Below the pieces are notes generated by a model. That model was given only the letters and a program-made list of their open reading frames with translations, did not search any database and had not been told where the DNA came from. From Leptolyngbyaceae cyanobacterium (GTDB lineage: Bacteria; Cyanobacteriota; Cyanobacteriia; Phormidesmidales; Phormidesmidaceae), in contig JBHJHA010000011.1 in the NCBI GenBank assembly GCA_050331235.1, positions 96,001 to 160,000 of the forward strand: a stretch of DNA of 64,000 bases. Reading direction: 5' to 3'. A program made the translations under genes and the position numbers. Below are positions 1 to 9,823 of this stretch, piece after piece. Position 1 is the stretch's first letter, and every line of letters begins with the position of its first letter.

Positions 1-93
1 TTCCAAGCGAGCAAACCAGTGGGCAAAGTTCATCCCTTTGATCAAACGTGGGGGCAACTGCTGGATCGGCAATATCACCCCGAGGAGCAGTGA
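1..93 (+). CDS. 3' end of a CDS entering from the left edge (unknown product)
   Basis: Frame 1 is open (FQASKPVGKVHPFDQTWGQLLDRQYHPEEQ) to TGA at 91-93. Confidence 0.45.
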   Translation, partial: FQASKPVGKVHPFDQTWGQLLDRQYHPEEQ

Positions 94-175
94 GTGGGCT
101 GTCGCATATCTGGTGTGATGGTTCACCGGCTGTGCCAGACTATTGACCAGGTGAGATTGCAGGTGGGCAAGGCGG

Positions 176-1234
176 ATGAACATGTACCGGTCAACTCGGA
201 GACAGGCGATCGCGGGCTTGGGCTTGTTAGCTGGAGCATGGCCATTTGCCCAGGCGCTGTCGGCACGAGCAGCTGAGGCAGAGGTTATCAAGCCGCCACG
301 GTTGCGTCCAGGAGACGAGGTTGGCATCATCAGTCCGGCGGGGGCCACCTTTAATACCAGTGACTTAGATATTGTGATGGATGCCGTGCGCGGACTGGGC
401 TTAGTGCCCCGTCCAGCTCCCCATGTTTTGGCGCAATATGGGTATCTGGCCGGGCAGGATCGCGATCGCGCCGCTGATGTGAACGAGTTTTTTGCTGATT
501 CAGAAATTGCTGCACTGCTGCCCATACGGGGAGATTGGGGCAGCGCTCGCATTTTGCCCTACCTCGACTATGACCTGATTCGCCGCAACCCAAAGGTCAT
601 TACTGGCTTTAGTGATCTAACGGCGCTACTGCTAGGCATCACTGCCCAAACCGGATTAGTCACTTTTCACGGTCCGAATGGATTGACCGCTTGGCGACCG
701 GACCAAACTGAGCCGTTTCGGCAAGTCTTGTTTGAGGGGCAGGCGCAAACCTTCGCAAATCCCCTGGCAGCGGAAGATCGCGATCGCCTGATGCAAACTC
801 GCTTTCGCGTTCAAACCATCACTCCGGGGCAGGCCCGTGGCAAACTCTACGGTGGCAATCTATCGGTCATCGCGGGCATTGTTGGCTCCCCTTACTTTCC
901 GGACATGACTGGCCACATCCTGTTTCTCGAAGATGTGGGTGAATCAATCTACCGGATTGACCGGATGTTGACGCAGCTAAAGCTGGCGGGCGTTTTGGAT
1001 CAGTTGGCAGGATTTATCTTTGGTCAGTGCACCAACTGCGGGCCTTCAGGCGGCTATGGTGGGTTGACGCTTGAGCAGGTGCTGGCCGATCACATTGCGC
1101 CCTTGGGCATTCCAGCTTGGTCAAATGCCGCCATCGGTCATGTGGAACCGATCCTCACGCTGCCCCTGGGCACGGAGGTCACGATAGATGCAACGACGGG
1201 TCGCATGACTATGACTGAGCCGGCCGTCGCATAG
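176..1234 (+). CDS. LD-carboxypeptidase / peptidase S66 (MccF-like) with Tat signal peptide
   Basis: Motifs PPRLRPGDEVGIISPAG, RGDWGS, GFSDLT, GGNLS, LFLEDV and IGH; N-terminal TRRQAI twin-arginine leader. Confidence 0.92.
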   Translation: MNMYRSTRRQAIAGLGLLAGAWPFAQALSARAAEAEVIKPPRLRPGDEVGIISPAGATFNTSDLDIVMDAVRGLGLVPRPAPHVLAQYGYLAGQDRDRAADVNEFFADSEIAALLPIRGDWGSARILPYLDYDLIRRNPKVITGFSDLTALLLGITAQTGLVTFHGPNGLTAWRPDQTEPFRQVLFEGQAQTFANPLAAEDRDRLMQTRFRVQTITPGQARGKLYGGNLSVIAGIVGSPYFPDMTGHILFLEDVGESIYRIDRMLTQLKLAGVLDQLAGFIFGQCTNCGPSGGYGGLTLEQVLADHIAPLGIPAWSNAAIGHVEPILTLPLGTEVTIDATTGRMTMTEPAVA

Positions 1235-1270
1235 AGATTTTTCAGCTATTAGAGAACCAAGAGCCTTGCG

Positions 1271-1837
1271 CTAGCGACGAATCAAAATCACTTCGATTTC
1301 CAGGTCGTCGTAGTCATCTAGCTCGGTAATGTCTTCGAAGCTGATTTCGTAGCGATCGCCGTTGGTATAAATCGACTTTTGCACCCGAACCGCCCGCGCA
1401 TTGCGAAAGTCGAGCACTTCGTCCAAACGGTTATCGCCTTCAAAGTAATAGGTGAAAAAGCCGTTTTCAGCGCCCAAAGAGAACCACTGCGACGGGTCAT
1501 TATTTTCCACCTCGTAAACAACGGTGGAATCAGGGGGGAGCATATAGGGCGATCGTGGCGGGGCCTGCTCTTTATAAACCCGTAGTCGCTGTTGGTAATC
1601 AGCTTCCCCCGAAAGCACGCGGAACCAAACCTCATGGCGCTGATCAGCATCAGCATTCCATAGGGCATAGGCTGTGGCATCGGGCTGGGAAATATCGAAA
1701 CTGTGCACTAATTGTTGGAGAGGAGGAGGGGTGCTGCTAGTTTGCGCCTGTAGCGATCGGGACGATACGGCGATCGTCATGAGCACCGTAGCAAGAAACA
1801 GTGAGCCGATTTTATGGGACCAGAAGCGCTTGTCCAT
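1271..1837 (-). CDS. Hypothetical secreted protein
   Basis: 188-aa ORF with a Sec-type signal (..SLQAQ), GGAG before the ATG, and an acidic C-terminal FED..DDYDDL motif. Confidence 0.7.
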   Translation of the reverse strand: MDKRFWSHKIGSLFLATVLMTIAVSSRSLQAQTSSTPPPLQQLVHSFDISQPDATAYALWNADADQRHEVWFRVLSGEADYQQRLRVYKEQAPPRSPYMLPPDSTVVYEVENNDPSQWFSLGAENGFFTYYFEGDNRLDEVLDFRNARAVRVQKSIYTNGDRYEISFEDITELDDYDDLEIEVILIRR

Positions 1838-1959
1838 CTCCTAAACTCCTCATATAAGCGTTGCTGACATCAAAGATAGCTCGCCCATAAAGTTTTGAGC
1901 CATCTCGCTGATCAACCAAGCGTCGCTATCCCACAGCAGCGCCAGATTTTCTCTTCATT

Positions 1960-2466
1960 TTGCCCATGTCCCTCTCCCACGACATCCCCCTTTGGATACT
2001 CATTGGGCTACCTGGTAGCGGTAAGTCCACTTGGGCCCAGGCCATGCAACAAAGCAGTCCATCATTGAAATATATTTCAACCGATCGCATTCGCAGGGAG
2101 CTGTTTGGCGATGAGGCCATCCAAGGGCCGTGGCGGCAAGTCTGGCACCAAGTCCTACAGGAATTTCAACTGGGTGTTCAACAGGCATCCTCGGCGGGCG
2201 GTGTCGGTGCAATCTATGACGCGACCAATGCTCGTCGCCGGGGGCGACGCCAAGTGATAGCCGCCGCTCGCATCGTTGGGTTCACCCGACTCCTAGCTGT
2301 CTGGTTAGACCTGCCGCTAGAGATCTGTCTACAGCGGAATTACCAGCGATCGCGGCAGGTTCCCCCTGAAGTCATCCACGGAATGGCGCGTCAACTCACG
2401 GGAGCACCGCCCCACTGGCAAGAGGGGTTTGACGCCGTGTATCGCACATTGTTGCCGACAAAATAG
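1960..2466 (+). CDS. AAA_33 / polynucleotide-kinase-like P-loop kinase
   Basis: Walker A GLPGSGKST plus STDRIR, YDATN and R.R.VP motifs. Confidence 0.85.
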   Translation: MPMSLSHDIPLWILIGLPGSGKSTWAQAMQQSSPSLKYISTDRIRRELFGDEAIQGPWRQVWHQVLQEFQLGVQQASSAGGVGAIYDATNARRRGRRQVIAAARIVGFTRLLAVWLDLPLEICLQRNYQRSRQVPPEVIHGMARQLTGAPPHWQEGFDAVYRTLLPTK

Positions 2467-2507
2467 CGACCTAACCTGGCGTACAAGACTCAGGCTATGT
2501 CGAAGTG

Positions 2508-3434
2508 CTAAAGACTGTTGACCACCGCTTTCATCGCTTGGTCAACCTGGGGATACTGATACTCAAAGCCCTCGGCCTGAAGATGTTGGGGAATGACCCG
2601 CTGCCCCTCCAAGACTACGATGGCACCATCTCCCAACAGAGCCTCAATAACAAATTCCGGCACAGGTAGCCAAGACGGTCGATGGAGGGCTTGCCCCAAG
2701 GCTTCACAAGCTTGCCCCATGCGTACCGGATTAGGAGCCGTTGCATTATAGACTCCCTGCATAGAATCATCTGTAAGGGCACGAAGCAAAATCGCCACCA
2801 GATCATCTTGATGAATCCAGGAAAACCACTGACGACCAGTACCAATAGGTCCACCCGCAAATAGCTGAAATGGGGTCAGCATCTTTTCCAGAGCGCCGCC
2901 GTCTCCCAACACAATGCCAATGCGCGGGATGACCAAACGCACGCCCAAATCCTTGACTTTTTGAGCTTCTGCCTCCCAAGCACGACAAACTTGGGAAAGA
3001 AAATCGTCATCCACAGGGGCGCTAGTTTCGTCAAAGGTCGCCGTCTCACTGGTGCCGTAATAGCCGATCGCGGAAGCACTAACCAGCACCTGTGGTCTTG
3101 ACTCCGCTTGGGCGATCGCTTCTACCAATTTGGCCGTACCGACCTGTCGGCTATCGATCATGGCTCGCTTATGGGCTGGGGTCCAGCGCTCTGAAATGGG
3201 AGCCCCGGCCAGATTAACCACCCCATCACAGCCTGAGATAGCCGCCTGCCAAGCCCCTGAAGTTTGTGGGGTGTATGCCACCAGCGTTACCTGTGGATAG
3301 GTCGACTCAGGAAAAAGCCGCCGAGCTTTAGCCAGGTTGCGGGTCAACACGAGAACCTCATGGCCTGCCTGCTGTAGCTTTTCGACTAACCGGCTACCGA
3401 CAAAGCCTGTGCCCCCGGTGACTGCTACCTTCAT
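2508..3434 (-). CDS. TIGR01777-family NAD-dependent epimerase (ThyD/YfcH-like)
   Basis: TGGTGFVG Rossmann motif, VVNLAG, SASAIGYYG, GRQWFSWIH and LEGQRV. Confidence 0.9.
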   Translation of the reverse strand: MKVAVTGGTGFVGSRLVEKLQQAGHEVLVLTRNLAKARRLFPESTYPQVTLVAYTPQTSGAWQAAISGCDGVVNLAGAPISERWTPAHKRAMIDSRQVGTAKLVEAIAQAESRPQVLVSASAIGYYGTSETATFDETSAPVDDDFLSQVCRAWEAEAQKVKDLGVRLVIPRIGIVLGDGGALEKMLTPFQLFAGGPIGTGRQWFSWIHQDDLVAILLRALTDDSMQGVYNATAPNPVRMGQACEALGQALHRPSWLPVPEFVIEALLGDGAIVVLEGQRVIPQHLQAEGFEYQYPQVDQAMKAVVNSL

Positions 3435-3538
3435 TGACCCCCGACTCCTTAATGGTGAACTGTCTTTAACCTACCAAATCGCGACCGAGGGGTGGGCATT
3501 CGCCGCTGTACTCAGTCACCGCAGGAGTTCGCTTGGTC

Positions 3539-3910
3539 CTAGCCGGGTTCCCCATAAGCCATGCCATTGGCCTCAGCATAGCGATGCATAAACCGCATAA
3601 AGCGCTCCCAATAGTCCTCGCGATCAATGGTAAGGGTGCATTCCACATGCTTGAGGTCGTCCCCCTCGGGCCCCGAAAAGATGAATTTCACCCCAGACGG
3701 TTCAATCGTAATGACCCCTTCACTATCGGTCAGCTTCAGAGCTTTAGAAAATCGACTGCGAAAACTTTGAAACTCTTCGATCGCCTGGAGCCGCTCAAAC
3801 ACCAGCAAAACCGTACGAGCGCCAGTCGCCTGGTCCCGACGCAGGCTGACATTGCTGATCTCTTCAGGAATGCCGTCATAAAATTCGACGGTGGGAGTGG
3901 CGTCTGACAT
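3539..3910 (-). CDS. psb28: Photosystem II assembly factor Psb28 (psb28-2-like)
   Basis: EFYDGIPEEISNVSLRR, DSEGVI and WERFMRFMHRYAEANGM signatures. Confidence 0.92.
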   Translation of the reverse strand: MSDATPTVEFYDGIPEEISNVSLRRDQATGARTVLLVFERLQAIEEFQSFRSRFSKALKLTDSEGVITIEPSGVKFIFSGPEGDDLKHVECTLTIDREDYWERFMRFMHRYAEANGMAYGEPG

Positions 3911-3953
3911 AATCGCTTGCTTCAACTCAGAGTTTCAGTATACCGACTGGGAG

Positions 3954-4634
3954 CTACTGCCCCAGTCGATAGCCCTTGCCATACACAGTGTGAATCAATG
4001 GTGGCGTGCCCTTGGGCTCAATCTTGCGTCGTAACAGTCGCATCTGAGCCGCCAAAACATTGCTAGCCGGTTGCTCAGTGTCTGCCCAAACTGCCTGGTG
4101 AATTTGTTCGCGTGTCAAGACTTGCTCAGGATGACGTAAAAAGAAACCTAGGAGCTGGGTTTCTTTTTCTGACAGCTCGACCGTTTGCCCCCGGCGATGG
4201 GCTAGTTGATTGGCCTCATCTAGCTCTAAATCTTCGTACTGCAGCTTGGGCGATCGCGGCGGCGTTTCCAGAATTGGTGGACGCCGCAGTAAGGCCCGCA
4301 CCCGGGCGAGCAACTCCCGCAGCTCAAAGGGCTTAACGAGGTAATCATCCGCTCCGGCATCCAACCCGTCCACGCGATCGTCAAGGGTATCTTTAGCCGT
4401 CAGAAACAATACGGGTGTAGCATCACCCCGCGATCTCACCTGTTGACAGATTTCAAGGCCGCTACAGTGGGGCAGCATCCAATCCAAAATCAGCAAATCA
4501 TAGTTTGTTGACGTCGCGAGTCGGACCCCTGATTGACCATCAAAGGCCACATCAACCTCGTACCCCGCCTTAAGCAACACTCGACTCAGTGGGGTAGTCA
4601 GTTCGGCTTCGTCATCGACCAGCAAAATCTTCAT
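3954..4634 (-). CDS. OmpR-family response regulator (RppA-like)
   Basis: Receiver motifs LLVDDE, LDWMLP, FLTA and GADDYLVKPF; winged helix ending IHTVYGKGY. Confidence 0.9.
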   Translation of the reverse strand: MKILLVDDEAELTTPLSRVLLKAGYEVDVAFDGQSGVRLATSTNYDLLILDWMLPHCSGLEICQQVRSRGDATPVLFLTAKDTLDDRVDGLDAGADDYLVKPFELRELLARVRALLRRPPILETPPRSPKLQYEDLELDEANQLAHRRGQTVELSEKETQLLGFFLRHPEQVLTREQIHQAVWADTEQPASNVLAAQMRLLRRKIEPKGTPPLIHTVYGKGYRLGQ

Positions 4635-4743
4635 GGACAGATTAGCTTTGCCTGAACGCGTTCATTCCAGCATACGGTGACGCTGAGAGCCTGACGCGCC
4701 CAAACAGCGGCAGCACACTGCCCTACCCCAACCAGACAGTTCC

Positions 4744-5241
4744 TCAGACAGTCATCTCTTCGAAGCGATAAATGACTGCACCAGACTCGGGATGATTGTC
4801 AACCCCAACATAACCAGACCGGGCCATCTCCTTCAGCAGGGTTTCAACCTCTTCAAAGCCTAAGCCGGTTTCGAGCACTGCTGCCGTCACTGATAAATAG
4901 CCGCCCGATTGCTTGGCTGCCCGTGTCAGCTTCACCATCTTTTCTTCGCGGGTGAGCGGACGATGGGGCTGAGCAGTGGTCAAGGGTTGGTTGAGCAAAT
5001 CGTAAATATTGTCGCCGTAGTGCGATCTCAGACGCCGCAGCTCATGGTCTTCCGTCATACCAGGCACTAAGAAAACGTCGATGAACTGGCCGAAGCCAAA
5101 CAAACCCAACGTAAAGAACCAAATCAGCCCGCTAGTGATTTTGCCGTTGTAGAGCCGATGTAATCCTGAAAATCCGAAAAAACCACCTAACCAAAGCAAA
5201 TAAGACAGGGTCAGCCGCTGACGGCTTGCAGACGACGCCAT
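4744..5241 (-). CDS. TM2/NINE-domain membrane protein
   Basis: YLLWL..FFGFSGLHRLYNGK..GLIW.FTLGLFGFGQFID TM2 motif; HTH-like C-terminus. Confidence 0.85.
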   Translation of the reverse strand: MASSASRQRLTLSYLLWLGGFFGFSGLHRLYNGKITSGLIWFFTLGLFGFGQFIDVFLVPGMTEDHELRRLRSHYGDNIYDLLNQPLTTAQPHRPLTREEKMVKLTRAAKQSGGYLSVTAAVLETGLGFEEVETLLKEMARSGYVGVDNHPESGAVIYRFEEMTV

Positions 5242-5364
5242 TGCAATATTCCTTCCAAGATTGAGCAACTTGTCGATCTTAGTCAACGCCTCAGTCACAG
5301 GACGGCGTACTTCCCCCAAGCCGGGAGTAGGGATCTTGCGCCATTGCGCACAACGCAAACAATC

Positions 5365-5382
5365 GTTACATTATTTAACAAC
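5365..5382. promoter_or_regulatory. HLR1-like (RpaB) direct repeat
   Basis: GTTACATT-AT-TTAACAAC: one perfect and one 6/8 half-site, between divergent genes. Confidence 0.45.
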
Positions 5383-5457
5383 AGGTCAGGCTTTTGAGGC
5401 TTGACAAACTTAGAGCTGGTTCTGCCGCTCTAGCCTCTTCATCAACGAGTGTTTCCA

Positions 5458-6003
5458 ATGCAGATTGTGCAGCTCTTAAAAAGTTACTCAGGCGGCCGGC
5501 GCGACTTTAGCGGCGTTGACTTCCGAGAGGCTTGGATGCCTGGATTGCAGCTAAATCAGGCGATCCTATGCGGTGCTGATTTGACCGGCAGTAACCTCAG
5601 CCATGGTATGCTGCAAGAGGTTGACTGCTCTCGGGCCATGCTCTGGCGGGCAAATTTCACCCATGCCAAGCTGACGCGATCATCTTTTCAGGGGGCCACG
5701 CTGATTCGCTGCCAGTTAACCAACAGCGATTTGCGCAGCAGCTCTTTAGTAGATGCTGACCTACGGCTTGCTGACCTGAGTGAAGCCAATCTGACACATA
5801 CCGATGTGCGCCATGCTCGGCTGTGCTACGCCAACTTGACAGGGGCCAACCTCCAGGGCATCGATTTCAGAACGGCTGATCTCACTGGTGCTGCGATCGC
5901 CCATGCCAACCTGAGCAATTGCCGATTTAGCCGTGAGCAAATAGAGGCGTTGGGATTGTCTCCACAGCGATCGATCCTTGCCGACTCTCGAATGGCGGTT
6001 TAG
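5458..6003 (+). CDS. Pentapeptide repeat protein
   Basis: LLKSY..GRRDFSG N-cap followed by A(D/N)Lxx repeats. Confidence 0.9.
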   Translation: MQIVQLLKSYSGGRRDFSGVDFREAWMPGLQLNQAILCGADLTGSNLSHGMLQEVDCSRAMLWRANFTHAKLTRSSFQGATLIRCQLTNSDLRSSSLVDADLRLADLSEANLTHTDVRHARLCYANLTGANLQGIDFRTADLTGAAIAHANLSNCRFSREQIEALGLSPQRSILADSRMAV

Positions 6004-6016
6004 TACTGCTCATCGC

Positions 6017-6265
6017 TCAAAGCAACATATCGCTGCGCCACAACTGGGCGCGGCACAACAGCGCACTAAATTGTGAAATGAGTCGTTTATGCTCTGGGGT
6101 CGGTGATTGGGCAAACAGCTCAAATTTCACGATGACCTTCGCCAGAATCTGCGCTTCCCGTTTAGGCACGCCTTCTCTCACTAGCTTTTGCCAATAGATA
6201 ATACTCAGACTGCGAAAATCGTTGGCAATGTCAATCGCGGGGGCAGTTACCGTCATTGCGCTCAT
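6017..6265 (-). CDS. Small hypothetical protein
   Basis: 82-aa ORF filling the intergenic space, helical composition. Confidence 0.6.
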   Translation of the reverse strand: MSAMTVTAPAIDIANDFRSLSIIYWQKLVREGVPKREAQILAKVIVKFELFAQSPTPEHKRLISQFSALLCRAQLWRSDMLL

Positions 6266-6464
6266 GTTTGAAGGGGACTCATCTAAACTTCACACAATTA
6301 ATTCTTCACGAAGTGACCGGTCTTTTCCGTGATTACACGGGAGACTTTTCGTGACGTTGACAGTTTCCAAGCGTGACTAAAAAAAGTAGCTGCGGTGACA
6401 AACCTCAGCCGAAGACTCTGTACGGCGTCATGCTTCCGTGTGATCGCCATCACTCATCAAGGAT

Positions 6465-6956
6465 TTAACCCCGCGGTCGAAACGGCACAACCCGCCGCCG
6501 AAAGCTTTCAAAATCAATGACTTTGGAGCACTGAGCAGTATCCCAAACCTCATGGGTTAGCTCCCGTAGAGATGGTAAGGTCATCAACTGTAGCTGACCC
6601 ACATGGCAATCAGCTTTGGCAGCGACCCGCACCACCTGGGGTTCAGTGTTTCCTCGGACTTGGACCCAGCTCACTTCGCCATTAGCGATAATTAAGTGCT
6701 TGTCATGCAAGGCGCGATCGCACCCCGTGCCTTCCAAAAACGCTAAAATTTTGCGAATTGTTTGTAGTGACACCTGACGTCGCAAATCTCGAATCGCCCG
6801 CAGCTCCAAGATTTGCTCCCAAGTGTAATGTACCTGAGGGGCAGCCGGTGGCCTGGTCGGCGATGGGACGACGACCCCCGTTTTTGCCAAATATGCTAGC
6901 CGGGCATGACTGGTACGCGTTAATATGACGGTCTCACGGCGGGTAAAATGCTGCAT
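6465..6956 (-). CDS. MerR-like HTH transcriptional regulator
   Basis: F.R.E....T.....RL.YL.KTGVVVP...YTWEQILELRAI..LR..VSLQ.IRK pattern. Confidence 0.75.
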   Translation of the reverse strand: MQHFTRRETVILTRTSHARLAYLAKTGVVVPSPTRPPAAPQVHYTWEQILELRAIRDLRRQVSLQTIRKILAFLEGTGCDRALHDKHLIIANGEVSWVQVRGNTEPQVVRVAAKADCHVGQLQLMTLPSLRELTHEVWDTAQCSKVIDFESFRRRVVPFRPRG

Positions 6957-7342
6957 CAGTGACCCTCACTGCAATAGATCGCCGCAATCACCCACGCCAA
7001 CCACCAGTAACCTAGCGACTGTCGCAAAAACCCAGTGGCCGATCTACGCCATAGGAAAGCAGGGGCGACTGCACTAACAGTCGAGCGATGAACCCTAGAA
7101 AAATCGGTAAAGCTTAATTCCACTGTACGATAGCCGCCGCCGAAACTCATAGATACAAATGCTCCATTAGCGCCATATATGGCGGCCTACATTTCGCCAA
7201 ACTCCGCATGTAGGGGTAGTTATCGGCAATCATAAAGAGATATAGCGATTTTTATCATCTTTGCAACTGTCTCAGGGTAGCGGCAGCAGCTTAGCCGACC
7301 TGTTGCTGTGACAAGATGAAAAGAAGACACCCATAGTAATTT

Positions 7343-8602
7343 ATGAACGGGCAGCGACAAGTCATTGTGATCGGTGGAGGGGCAGCCGGATTTTTTGGTG
7401 CGATCGCCTGTGCCGAAGCGGCCCCCCACGCCCAGGTCACCTTATTAGAAGCCGCTGCCACTCCGCTGGGCAAAGTCCGCATCTCGGGCGGGGGACGGTG
7501 CAATGTCACCCATCACTGTTTTGATCCGGCGCTGCTCGTTCAGCATTATCCACGGGGGGGGAAAGCTCTGAGGGGAGCGTTTAGCCGCTTCCAACCGCAG
7601 GATACCGTGGCTTGGTATCAGCGGCGGGGAGTGCGCCTCAAAACTGAAGCAGATGGGCGCATGTTTCCGACCACAGACGACTCTGCAACGATTGTGGACT
7701 GCCTAATGCGGGAAACTCGGCGCGTGGGCGTCACCGTCCGCACTAAAGCCGCTGTCAAGAGCATCCACAAAATCGCCCGGGGCTTTGCGGTGCAGCTGCG
7801 ATCAGGAGACTCTTTAGTCTGCGATCGCCTCCTACTGGCGACTGGTAACAATCCCCAGGGATATCGCCTAGCCGCCGACTTAGGCCACACAATCCTCAAG
7901 GGCGTGCCCTCCCTATTCACGTTTAATGTGGCAGATCGGGCGCTCCATCAACTAGCTGGGGTCGCCGTTGACCCCGTTGCGCTGAAACTGTCAGTGCCCT
8001 CAGTGAAGCATCCTCTGAGTCAAACAGGACCGCTGCTGGTGACCCACTGGGGATTGAGCGGTCCAGCGGTCCTTAAGCTCTCAGCCTGGGGGGCTCGACT
8101 GCTACACGAGAACCAATATCGAGCGACGTTGCAGGTCAACTGGCTGCCGGCCCTCACCAGCGAGCAGGTACGCGCCCAGCTCATGGCAGCAAAACAGGCC
8201 GTGCCCAAGCGGGCGATCGCCAATCATTGTCCCTTTGAGTTGCCCAAGCGGTTGTGGCGTTATTGGATCGAACAGGTCGATCTAGACACCACCACCTGGA
8301 GCAACTTACCGAAAAAAACCGCCAACCAGCTGGTAGAGGCCATGAACCGGGGAACCTTTGCCGTTCAGGGCAAAGGGATCTTTAAAGACGAATTTGTCAC
8401 CTGCGGGGGCGTCAAGCTCGCGGAGGTCGATTTCAAAACGATGGAAAGTCGCCGCTGCTCGGGGCTGCATTTTGCCGGTGAAGTGCTTGATATTGATGGC
8501 GTCACCGGCGGCTTCAACTTTCAAAGTGCATGGACCACAGGCTGGCTAGCCGGACAGGCGATCGCCGCCGCGCTGGCGGAAACGTCCCTGCCTTTAAAAT
8601 GA
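7343..8602 (+). CDS. HI0933/YhiN-family NAD(P)/FAD-dependent oxidoreductase
   Basis: GGGAAG, KVRISGGGRCNVT, THWGLSGP, VTCGGV and GEVLDIDGVTGGFNFQ. Confidence 0.93.
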   Translation: MNGQRQVIVIGGGAAGFFGAIACAEAAPHAQVTLLEAAATPLGKVRISGGGRCNVTHHCFDPALLVQHYPRGGKALRGAFSRFQPQDTVAWYQRRGVRLKTEADGRMFPTTDDSATIVDCLMRETRRVGVTVRTKAAVKSIHKIARGFAVQLRSGDSLVCDRLLLATGNNPQGYRLAADLGHTILKGVPSLFTFNVADRALHQLAGVAVDPVALKLSVPSVKHPLSQTGPLLVTHWGLSGPAVLKLSAWGARLLHENQYRATLQVNWLPALTSEQVRAQLMAAKQAVPKRAIANHCPFELPKRLWRYWIEQVDLDTTTWSNLPKKTANQLVEAMNRGTFAVQGKGIFKDEFVTCGGVKLAEVDFKTMESRRCSGLHFAGEVLDIDGVTGGFNFQSAWTTGWLAGQAIAAALAETSLPLK

Positions 8603-8603
8603 A

Positions 8604-8645
8604 AAGTCGAGCTGCCCTTTTCCGAAGAAGAGTTCAGCTCGACTT
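8604..8645 (+). terminator. Stem-loop directly after the HI0933 stop codon
   Basis: 11-bp perfect inverted repeat AAGTCGAGCTG / CAGCTCGACTT. Confidence 0.55.
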
Positions 8646-8993
8646 GTGCTCAAGGAGCACACGCGAGTCTACAGGATGTCTACATAGTCACTCAGGGGCT
8701 TTCCAGCAACAACGGGGAAAAGTTCAGTTAAATTCAGGTGTTGACCAGAAAAATTGGGGTGTTGCCGACGGCTAAACCAGCCAATCCCTTGTCCTGCAAT
8801 CAATTCAGCCATTTGAGGTGATGCGATCTAGTGCCTGGCAAACAGCCTCGGCAGCACTGCAGTCCCCCTTGCCACCGTCCCCCCGCAGCCAGAGCCCTAG
8901 AGACCTGCTTAGGAAGGATATCTACATAACATCTCAGGCTGGCTCGACCTCGTAAGCTCTACTCATGTCATTGACTGGAAACTAGGAGAGGCC

Positions 8994-9149
8994 ATGTTTT
9001 TTAGCTGCTTTTTTCCCGATGAGGAGACTCGCAACAAGTACCGCGCTCACAAAATCAGCATGCTGAAGGCGATGCGTGACTCCTTGGAAGCACGATTGGC
9101 CGCTTTGAACGCCGCGATCGAGACGTTAGAGCGGCAACAAGGAATATAG
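8994..9149 (+). CDS. 51-aa small protein, AtpTheta (AtpT/Norf1)-like ATP synthase inhibitor candidate
   Basis: Not in the ORF track. AGGAGAG at 8984-8990, ATG at 8994, TAG at 9147-9149. Sequence MFFSCFFPDEETRNKYRAHKISMLKAMRDSLEARLAALNAAIETLERQQGI. Confidence 0.65.
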   Translation: MFFSCFFPDEETRNKYRAHKISMLKAMRDSLEARLAALNAAIETLERQQGI

Positions 9150-9358
9150 CAGCGCTGGTATGAGAACGCGGAGCGGTTGGCCAGATTAATGGTCCATGAT
9201 CGCCAGTCCCCAAAATTGTCCATGACTCGGCTAGACGACTCTATTGCACCGGTGCTCGCGATCGCCCCATGCAATTCTAGGCTTCGACTCAGCAGTTTCT
9301 CATCTCAGTGCGAAAGGCTAAGAGCATGGAATATTTATCCGCGATGGATGAGGAAGCT

Positions 9359-9802
9359 ATGTTACACACCGAAAAGACCGCCGGCAGAGTGCCCCTAGTG
9401 CTGTTGTTGTTGCGCCTGGGGGTCTTTATCGTGATGTTGGTTTGGGCGCTGGACAAATTTTTCAAGCCCGAACATGCCAGCCAAGTATTTGCCGCGTTTT
9501 ACGGTCTCCAAGGACTTGGTACCGGCTTGATTTATCTTTTGGGGGCCATTCAGCTACTGATTGTGCTGGGCTTTGTGGCGGGGTTTAAAAAGACCTGGAC
9601 CTATGGTGCCGTTTTGGTCATGCACGCCCTGTCTACGGTTGTCTCTCTACCACGCTATTTTGACCCGTTTACATCCCCCAACCTGCTGTTTTTTGCCGCA
9701 TTTCCCATGTTGGCGGCCTGCTTTGGCCTGTTCTACTTACGTGACCTCGACACGCTGTGGACCATCGACAAACCCAAACGTCAAAAACAGATTAATGTTT
9801 AA
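9359..9802 (+). CDS. DoxX-family membrane protein
   Basis: LLLRLGVF.VM.VWALDKF motif and four hydrophobic segments; start uncertain (9308-9359). Confidence 0.75.
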   Translation: MLHTEKTAGRVPLVLLLLRLGVFIVMLVWALDKFFKPEHASQVFAAFYGLQGLGTGLIYLLGAIQLLIVLGFVAGFKKTWTYGAVLVMHALSTVVSLPRYFDPFTSPNLLFFAAFPMLAACFGLFYLRDLDTLWTIDKPKRQKQINV

Positions 9803-9823
9803 CCAGATCACATCCACCGCTGC

